Positions 36,535-45,400 of a DNA stretch of 64,000 nt are shown piece by piece (position 1 is the first letter of the stretch; each line of letters starts with the position of its first letter). The DNA lies in the IMG/VR virus record IMGVR_UViG_3300033075_000545, positions 65,974-129,973 of that record; one strand, given 5' to 3'. The DNA is from a virus. Taxonomy: Duplodnaviria > Caudoviricetes. Position numbers and translations under genes: made by a program. The notes below the pieces were generated by a model. That model did not search any database, had not been told where the DNA came from, and was given only the letters and a program-made list of their open reading frames with translations.

Positions 36535-37511
36535 TGGTGGGAACGGACGTGACGTCTAAAAGCTCGAAGCCGTCGACACATTATAGCCTTATTACTAAGG
36601 CTTGCGGTTGGTGTAATACGGGTTTGATTCTTAATAATCAGAGAGACGTTACCCGAAAGAATTACTGTTCTCACTCATGTCGACAAAAGAAACGATGTGA
36701 TCACGTAGAGCACATGGACCTTTTGGCTAGGATGCAGGCCAAATCGAGATGGGCAGATAAACGCCCGAAGTTGGAAGTTTCGTGTGAATTTTGTCGAGAA
36801 CTATTTTTACCAACGAGTGGTAGGCAAAAATGGTGTTCCACCTGTGTGCCGGATAAAAAGTTTCGCTGTCTGGCGCGCCGATACAAATTATCTAAACAGC
36901 AGTTCGAGAGTCTTAAAGCTAAGTGTTCAGGTTTGTGCGCTATTTGTAAGTCTCGAACCGCTGAATGTGTAGATCACGATCATTCGTGCTGTCCAGGGGA
37001 CGTAACCTGCGGGAGGTGCGTACGTGGTGTCGTTTGTGAAACGTGTAACCAGGCACTGTCGGCTGTTGAAACGCTTGGTTGGGTGGATTTAGCTTGGGCT
37101 TACTTAAAATCTGAGCGCACTTCGAAGGTGAAGGTGGTTGTGCGTAATCGTTGGGATTGTCAGGCTTGTGGGCAACCTTACCGACCAACGTCACCGAGAC
37201 AGAAATGGTGTAAATCGTGCGTTCCCGACCTTCGATCGCGAGGACGTATGCAACGATTTGGTTTGAGTCAGCCGCAAATTTCTGCGATGATCCAATTACA
37301 AAACAACGTATGCGGTCTATGTCAGATAGGGTCACCGGATGCGATTGACCACGATCATAAATGCTGCCCGAGTGATGTGACTTGTGGCAGTTGCGTCCGT
37401 GGCGTGGTTTGTTATCGGTGTAATATAGCTCTTTCACGTTTTGAGTCAGACGGGTGGATTACCGCCGCGACGACGTACCTTGGAGGGTTTAATAATTCCA
37501 CTACGAAGTAA
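36534..37511 (+). CDS. Free-standing homing-type endonuclease with two T4 EndoVII-like His-Me domains
   Basis: Two copies of CxxC..(V/I)DHDHxCC..TCGxCVRGVVCxxCN, plus Zn fingers; more AT-rich than the flanks. Confidence 0.85.
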   Translation: MVGTDVTSKSSKPSTHYSLITKACGWCNTGLILNNQRDVTRKNYCSHSCRQKKRCDHVEHMDLLARMQAKSRWADKRPKLEVSCEFCRELFLPTSGRQKWCSTCVPDKKFRCLARRYKLSKQQFESLKAKCSGLCAICKSRTAECVDHDHSCCPGDVTCGRCVRGVVCETCNQALSAVETLGWVDLAWAYLKSERTSKVKVVVRNRWDCQACGQPYRPTSPRQKWCKSCVPDLRSRGRMQRFGLSQPQISAMIQLQNNVCGLCQIGSPDAIDHDHKCCPSDVTCGSCVRGVVCYRCNIALSRFESDGWITAATTYLGGFNNSTTK

Positions 37512-38058
37512 GGCACAAAACCGTTGGTTTCACGCCGCGGAATCTCGCGGAGAACTCCCCAAGGGTACAGCACGGAGGTGGGCACACCACACGAAGGACA
37601 TGAAAACTTTGCCAGAGCACGCAAAAAAGAAAGAGCACAAAAAGGAAGCTGCGGACGACCTCGAAAAGAAGGCGTTCGTAGCGTCTTTTGTTCTCGCTTG
37701 TGCAAAACAGGGGATTACTTCTCCGGAAGCCGTAGCAAAAGCCGCGGAGCGTCTTGTAACGGTTGTGAAGCAGGCCGCGGAGAAGCAGGCTACTGGTGAG
37801 TCCGTACCAGGAACTATCGCTAACATCGGCCTCAATACAGCCCTCCTCGGAACAGTAGGTCTACCTTTATTTCTGGGAGGTTCGGCTGGGTGGCTCGCAG
37901 GTAAGATGCGAAATCAATCCGATACAGACGATGCCGAGCTCCTTCGGATTCAGGCTGAGGCCAACGCGTACCGCCGTCGGGCAGCGCAGTCGAAGACAGA
38001 CGCGCAGGTTCGTAAGGTTGTTGCGTCGGATCCAAAGAAGTACGTCGTAATTGGTTAA
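37495..38058 (+). CDS. Putative virion protein with a P-x-x-SKAQ N-terminus; probable AUU start
   Basis: GGAGG-N8-ATT-CCA; PLRSKAQNRWFHAAESRGE..RRWAHHT..LPEH; KEA and KQA motifs. Confidence 0.6.
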   Translation: MPLRSKAQNRWFHAAESRGELPKGTARRWAHHTKDMKTLPEHAKKKEHKKEAADDLEKKAFVASFVLACAKQGITSPEAVAKAAERLVTVVKQAAEKQATGESVPGTIANIGLNTALLGTVGLPLFLGGSAGWLAGKMRNQSDTDDAELLRIQAEANAYRRRAAQSKTDAQVRKVVASDPKKYVVIG

Positions 38059-38060
38059 GA

Positions 38061-38429
38061 ATGGAAAACCGCATGACTGGTTACTTCAACGATAAGGACC
38101 CGATTGATAATGTGCCGCTTAATTGGAGTGCACACCCGTCGGGTCTTCCAATTCGTAACGGCGACGCCCCGAATCTGATTGATAAGAAGCTTCTGGAGTA
38201 CGCCTCTCACGTAGTATTTGCTCGGTCAGAGGTGTTTGAGATTCCTAGGGATCTAGACAAGTACACGAAGATTATGGATTGGATTAGTAAGCTCGCCATT
38301 GTTGGTGGTGCTTCGATCCGCACGGAAGAGAAAACGCCGGACCCTGCCAAGCCGGGGACATGGCACGTGTGGTTGGTTTGGGTGGAACTCCGGGGTACCA
38401 TCCCCACCAATAGTCCGAGGATGCAATGA
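38061..38429 (+). CDS. Hypothetical protein
   Basis: Contiguous ORF. Confidence 0.6.
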   Translation: MENRMTGYFNDKDPIDNVPLNWSAHPSGLPIRNGDAPNLIDKKLLEYASHVVFARSEVFEIPRDLDKYTKIMDWISKLAIVGGASIRTEEKTPDPAKPGTWHVWLVWVELRGTIPTNSPRMQ

Positions 38430-39397
38430 CTACGAAGATCGCCAATTCCAGTGCTCTCGGTACGCTCCCCGAGAACCCGGAGCTTCAATCCGAGTTCATG
38501 AGGTCTATGATCCGCTTGGCGGGTACGGGACTTTTGGGCGGCGCTGCTCTTCGTACTGTGATGGGGCTGGCAGGTGACCCCAACTTAGAGTACAAGGCTC
38601 CGGAGCCGAAGAAGCCGATCATTGTGGACATGCCTGTACCGTCGTCTCATCAGGCTACGTCACTTCCTCCTGTTGCGGCGTCAAAGCAGAAGTCGAAGGA
38701 AGCCAATGTCCTAGGCGATATCAGCGAGGGGCTACGCGGTCTGTGGGACTCCTACACTCCGACATTCCATGCACCGCTCGGTAACGCAAATGCCCAAACT
38801 GCCGCGGATATTCCTGCGACAGCGCTGATTGGGGCGCCACTCGCAGTCGGTGCCGGTGTGGGCGGGTACGCTTTAGTGGACAAACTCATGCGGTCTTCGG
38901 CGCGGAACAAGGCGCGGGATGAGTTGGAGGCTGCTCAAAAAGAGTATCAACGGACCATTGTAAAACGCCTTGCGGAATCTCGGTTTCCGGCTAAGTCTGC
39001 TATGGATGCATCGCCTCTAACGAAGCTCGTTCCGAATTCAACGGACGGACGAATCAAACGGGCCTTGGACGAGGTCTACAACATCATCAAGTCGTCGGAG
39101 GAGGGGGAGTGGTGGCAGCGATTGGGATTAGGCGCACTGTTCCCCGGCCTTTATATGGGGCGGGATGCTGCCCTCGCTAACATGGGTTTGGCAGGCATCT
39201 TAGGAGGTACGGCAGGGTATCTCGGTTACAACGCAGGTCGGAGTGAACAGACGCAGGGGATGCTTCGCAACGAGATGAACAAGTTGGATCGGGCGAACGC
39301 TGACACTGTACCCGCTCCTATGGTCGCTCGGCTTGTTCCGGTGAGTCGCGACGAAGAGGAGCGTAAGAAGCTCCTGGGTACTTCGGCTAAAGGTTGA
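38426..39397 (+). CDS. Putative virion protein
   Basis: Gly-rich hydrophobic helices; KIA, KEA, KSA motifs. Confidence 0.6.
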   Translation: MTTKIANSSALGTLPENPELQSEFMRSMIRLAGTGLLGGAALRTVMGLAGDPNLEYKAPEPKKPIIVDMPVPSSHQATSLPPVAASKQKSKEANVLGDISEGLRGLWDSYTPTFHAPLGNANAQTAADIPATALIGAPLAVGAGVGGYALVDKLMRSSARNKARDELEAAQKEYQRTIVKRLAESRFPAKSAMDASPLTKLVPNSTDGRIKRALDEVYNIIKSSEEGEWWQRLGLGALFPGLYMGRDAALANMGLAGILGGTAGYLGYNAGRSEQTQGMLRNEMNKLDRANADTVPAPMVARLVPVSRDEEERKKLLGTSAKG

Positions 39398-39473
39398 GCC
39401 CAATCACTAATACCTGTAATATCAAACCCAGAGCCGAAATAGGTCTGGGTTTGTTCATTTGAGGGGATACGCC

Positions 39474-42400
39474 GTGCCTGCACTATCGCAACCGCCCATG
39501 CGGAAATTTGGTGATTACAAGACGATCCGCAACGCGGTGTTTGATAACGCTTTGGAGTCTGTGAAGGGGCTCAAGCCTGTAGAGAACTCGCGGTACTCCC
39601 TTGCGATCACCGAGCCGCATTACCCCTCACCGGCGGATTACACGACTGAGGATCATACTAAGGCGATGATTGAGGGTCGGTCTCTGTCGCGGCGGATGAT
39701 GGGTACGTACACATTGAAGGACAAAGCGACAGGGAACGTTGTTGACCACAAGACCACGACGATCGCGTCCGTTCCGGTGCTGACACAGCAGGGCACGTTC
39801 ATCATGGACGGGACGGCGATGCCCGTCTCCAGCCAACTACGTTTGCTCCCCGGGGTCTACTCTCGGCGGCGACAGAATAATACACTCGAAAGTCATGTAA
39901 ATTTAACAGGTCGCGGAGTTTCCCACCGGATTCACCTGGATCCGCAAACTGGTGTGTTCAAGATGACCGTGGGTCAGGCCGAGATCCCCGTGGTCAATTT
40001 GCTCCGAGCATTTGGTACGACGGACGACGAGATCAAGTCCGCGTGGGGCAACGACCTGTTCAACGTGAACAGGAAGCACGACAAGCCGCACTACCTCGAC
40101 CGCCTGTACGAGAAGTTCGGCCCCGCGGGAAAGCGCCCGGACGGTGTGGACCTCGCGAAGGTCGTTGCGGAACGCATTTCCAACTACGACATGGATCCCT
40201 GGGTGTCCCAACGGACCCTGGGAAAGCCCCTGGACAAGTACGGGAAGGACGCCGTTCTTAGTGCGACCAGTAGGCTTCTCAAAATCGCCCACGGCGAGAC
40301 TGAGCCCGACGACCGGGACAGCCTCGCGTACGCGACGGTGTGGGGTCCGGAACACCTCATCGCTGAACGATTAACTCGGGTCAATCCGATCCTGTCCAAG
40401 ATGATGTGGCAGGTGACAAATACGGGAAATCTCAAGCGACTTCCTGCTGGGCTTCTCACACAAGCTATTCGTACCGTGTTCACGAAGAGTGGCCTGGCGC
40501 AATGTTTCGATTCCGAGACGAAGGTATTAACCGCACGCGGGTTTGTTTCGTGGCCGGAGGTGACGCCCGAGGATAGTTTTGCGTGTCTTATTGAAGGGAA
40601 GGTCGAATTCCACAATGGTAAATTGCGGGAGTACGACTACGAGGGGGAGATGTACGGGTGTAAGACCAAAAAGTTCAGCTACTTGGTTACACCTGACCAC
40701 CGACTCTACACAGCGCCGTCAGCTAGTGCCAAGCGAGACGTTTTCCGATTCGAGTTTGCCAAAGATGCACATAATTTAGAGCGTCGATTCATCTCCACAA
40801 TCGGGGAGCGCTCAGCTACGCAGATTACGACACGTGTTGGCGACCTGATTCAAATTCCTACGTCGCCCAACTACAAGTACGATGTGGAACAGGCGGAGAT
40901 TTCCGTCAAGGCTGAAGTGTGGGCTGAATTCTTGGGATGGTTTTTGTCCGAAGGTTGCGTAATGACAGCTAAGCGTCGATACCAATATCAAAAGATTACA
41001 ACCAGCCCAGTACGAAGCACAGAAGGCACGCAATTAATTACCGCGATTGCGCAGTCGCCAAAAGCAAATCCTGAGAACTTCGCACAATTAAATCGCCTGT
41101 TGGCGCGCATGCCTTTCCGTTGGCATTTTTTGAAAGGGTGCAATCAGTTTAAGTGTACCCATCGACGACTCGGCGAGTTTTTGGAAGGGTGTGGTAAGTA
41201 TGCAAGGAACAAGCGTATTCCCAGCTACGTTTTCGGTTGGTCCGATGATTTATTAGATATTTTCCTCGACGCGTTCATTGCGGGCGACGGTAACGTTAGC
41301 GGACCGGAAGCGTGTACTAAGATTGAGTTGAGTTCTGAAGGTTTGATTCAGGATGTGGCAATCGTTGCTGGGTACCTGGGGTATGCCCCTAGGATTCGTA
41401 GCATCCCTTCGCGGACAAAGTTCTCGAAAAAGACAGGAAAGACTTACAACTGTCGCCCGACTTGGTCACTGTCTTTGGGTCAGAATCCTTACTCGATGGC
41501 TATGACTAGCAGGCAGTCACTTAAAGTTGGTAGTACACCCGCTTATTACACGCAGACATACTGCGGTAAGGTTTATTGCGCAACTGTACCTGGTGGTTTG
41601 CTGTACGTAATGCGGGACGGTAAGGGTCACTGGTCTGGTAACTCGGCTGAGGGCACAAACGCTGCGGAGTTCATGGACAACGGTGCGCGTATCACCAAGG
41701 TCGGTGAAGGTGGTATTGGACGCTCCGCGGACACCATCCCGGACTCGGCACGTTATGTCAATCCATCACAAATACCATTTATTGATATTGCGAGGATGTC
41801 GGAATGTTTCGATTCCGAGACCGAAGTGATGACCGCGGAAGGTTGGAAGAAATGGTCTGAAGTTACTGATGCGGATCGATTCGCGTGCTTGATTGACGAC
41901 CGGCTGGAGTTTCATCATGCGTCGAAGCTGCACGTCAGCGATTACGACGGTTTGATGTACGGCGTAAAGGGCGAGAACCTAAACTATCTCGTTACGCCCA
42001 ACCACCGCTTTTGGGTACAACGTCTCGGGTGCAAGCCGTGGCAGTTTCTCACAGCGGAACAAGTACACGGATGTAACGTGTCGCACCAATCCGCGGGGCA
42101 CAAGCCGCTGTTGGGCTTCGGTGATAGCTTTGCCGTTCCATTGATCGAAGCGAACGAGGCAGACGTAGCAGAAGACGAATCTGAAAATTCTTCTCGACGC
42201 ACCATGGGTGATCGCCGACTCAAGCAGTCGGAAACGTATCCCATCGCTCCGTTTGCGGAGTTCATGGGTTGGTATCTAGGTGAGGGCAGTACCCGCGTCC
42301 CAAATGCGGCCGGTACCGTAAGCGGGTACACCACGGTTATTACGCAGTCGAAATCAGCAAATCCTGCGAAGTGCGAGAGGATCGAGAAAACCATCGCGGA

Positions 42401-45400
42401 GGTGGGGCTACACGGTAAGTATTACGACAGTGCGCATGGGTTCTTAATTCGGAGTCGACAGCTTACGGAGTACGTGCGTCAGTTTGGGAGGTCGCACGAA
42501 CGGTGGATTCCTGAAGAATTGTTGGCAGCCCCTGTGGAGGCACGACAACGGCTGTTCGATGCGTTACTGCTCGCAGAGGGTACACGCAACGCGGTGCGTT
42601 ACACAAAATTTTCCAGCACCAGCAAAAGAATGGCTCAGGATTTCTGCCGTTTAGCGTTCTCGCTCGGATATTCGACCACCGTCGCTACGTACAAGGACCG
42701 GCGAAAAGACAGCTACCACCTGATGTACCTGGTGACGCTTCACACGCGTACTGTTCGACAGGTGCGTAAGGATTACACGCACAAGAAATCTGACAAGACC
42801 GGGGATTACTACACCCAGGCGTACAAGGGGAAGGTGTATTGCGCTACGGTTCCCGGGGGAAAGCTATACGTTCGACGTCAAGAAGCGTGCGGGTTCTGGT
42901 CGGGTAACAGTGAGACGATCGGAGTTGACCTGCGTACAGCTTTTGGGACGCGATTGGGTCACGACAAGCAGATCTACGCTCCTGTTAAGGACATGACGAC
43001 GAACAAGCTCGTCTATAAGTCCCCCCGCGATCTTGCTGACTCCACGGTGGGGTTCCCGGATGCGCTCCACTCTACTGATGCCGTTGTTCCCGTCATCAAG
43101 GGCGGGAAGCTAACGTACGCTCCGAAGAAGGAGATCAACTATCTCATTCCTAGTATGGAGCAGACGTTTTCACCATTGACGAACATGGTGCCCCTCAAGT
43201 CGTCCTCCAAGGCGCACCGGAGCTCCATGGGTGCGAAGATGTTGGTCCAGTCCTTGGAACTTTCCAACGCGGAAGCCCCGCTTGTAAGGACTGAAGTACC
43301 AGGACAACCAGGGAAGTCGTTTGAGGAGTTGTACGGGAAGCACACTGGTGCCGTGTTCTCCCGTCCAAACGCAGTTGGGCAGGTGAAGGAGGTTACGCCG
43401 TTCGCTGTGAAGATCGGGTACCCGGACGGGACGGAGGACAACCATCAGATCTACCACTATTTACCTAGTGGTCGGAAGAGCGCCACGCACCAGACGCCCC
43501 TCGTTAAGGTGGGCGACATGGTCAACCCGAACCAACTCATTGTGAAGTCCAACAGCGTGGACAAGAACGGCCACCTGGCATATGGGGCTAACGCTCGCGT
43601 GGCCTTTATGACCGCACCAGGTGTTTATGAGGACTCCTTGGCGATCTCGAAGTCATTCGCGAAGAGGCTGACGTCGGAGCACCTGTACCGACACCAACTG
43701 GAAAACGACGACGCCACTCGGTCTGGTAAGTCCGGGTACGTTGCGGCGTTCCCTGGACGACACTCTTTGGATGTATTGAAGACGATTGGGGACGACGGCA
43801 TCGTACAGCCCGGGACCGTGGTGAAGAAGGGCGACCCCCTCATCCTGGCCATCAAGAACAAGCAGTCCCAATACGGGCGTTTGTCTCGGTCTGGGCGATC
43901 AAACGTCGGGGACGCGTCGGAGACGTGGGACTATGACGAGCCCGGGACTGTGGTGGGCGTCCACCAGACAAAGAACGGCCCCGTCGTGCTGGTGAACGCA
44001 CAGAAGGCGGCGAAGGAGGGGGACAAGCTGTGTTACGACCCCCAGACTGAGATCTTTACGGGCAAGGGATGGAAGTCAGTTTCCGATCTGACTCCGACGG
44101 ATCTCGTTTTGTCCCGTAAGGAAGATGGGACGATTGAGTACCTGTATCCCACAGCAATCCACAGCTACGCGCACACCGGGAAGATGTTTCATCTGGAGCA
44201 TCAGGAGATCTCTCTGTGTGTTACACCGAACCACCACTTGTACGTAAAGCGGGATGATGCGTATACGTATGAGCTTATTGAGGCGCAGGACCTCAAGGGT
44301 GGGTACACGCTCCTATCGACAATCCGTACGAATGACGCCCCAGCGATCGTCGAGATCCACGTCGACGAGGAGACACATCAGAAAGCATGGGTAGACTATG
44401 ACGGGCACGTGTACTGCGCGACGCTGCCCCGCAACAACGTCATGTATGCCCGTCGCGGGAACAATATTGCGGTGTGGTGCGGGAACAGCGGGCGCCACGG
44501 TAACAAGGGCGTGACCGTTATCAAGCCCGATGAGGAAATGCCCCACGACGCGCAGGGACGTCCGATCGACATTATTATCTCGTCCCTCGGTACCGTGAGC
44601 CGCGCTAACCCCTCAGCAATCTTCGAAGCATTTCTCGGTAAGATCGCGGAGAAGCGAGGACAGCCCTACGTCGTTCCAGACTTCCAACACGGACAGGACA
44701 ACGCGAAGTTCGTGCAGAAAGAGGGGGAGAAGCATGGTGTGTCGTTTATGGAGGACCTGACTGATCCCCAGACGGGACGGAAGATCCCTCAAGTTGGTGT
44801 GGGCAACATGTACATTATGAAGCTCACGCACATGTCTGAGGGCAAGGTGAAGGGTCGAGGTTTGGGCGGGTACGATGAAACTGGTCAACCGTTACGCGGT
44901 AAGGCCGGTGCGGCAATGCGGAGCTCATTGGGCGACACAAACGCGTTACTGAGTTCCGGGGCTACGAATGTTATTCATGATGCCCACGCGTTCCGAGGTC
45001 AAAGTAACCCGGAGTTTTGGTTGTCGTACATGTCAGGGTACCCAGCTCCGCGACCCAATGTTTCCAAGCCATTCGAGCGGTTCTTGACGGAGCTTCGGGC
45101 AGGAGGTATTGACCCCGTACGTAAGGATTCCCGTTACCACTTGATGGCGCTCACAGACACCAAGATCAACGAACTCGCTGGTGACCGGGTTGTTGAGAAC
45201 GGGGAGACGTTGGATTTCTCTCGCAACGGCGAGCCTTATAAGAAGGGCTTGTTTGATGTTGGTACGTTCGGGTCTGTGGATAACGCCACACAGTGGGCCA
45301 AGGTTCCGCTCCACGAACCCGTACTGAATCCCGTGTTTGATGAGCCCGCCCGTAGACTTCTCGGTCTTACAGAACAGAAGTTCCGGGATACGATTGCAGG

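Noticed and set aside
40503-44486. Class 3 inteins (Cys in block F: VYCAT)
   Set aside because: All three retain Cys1 and the block-B His, so standard class 1 splicing is the simpler reading.
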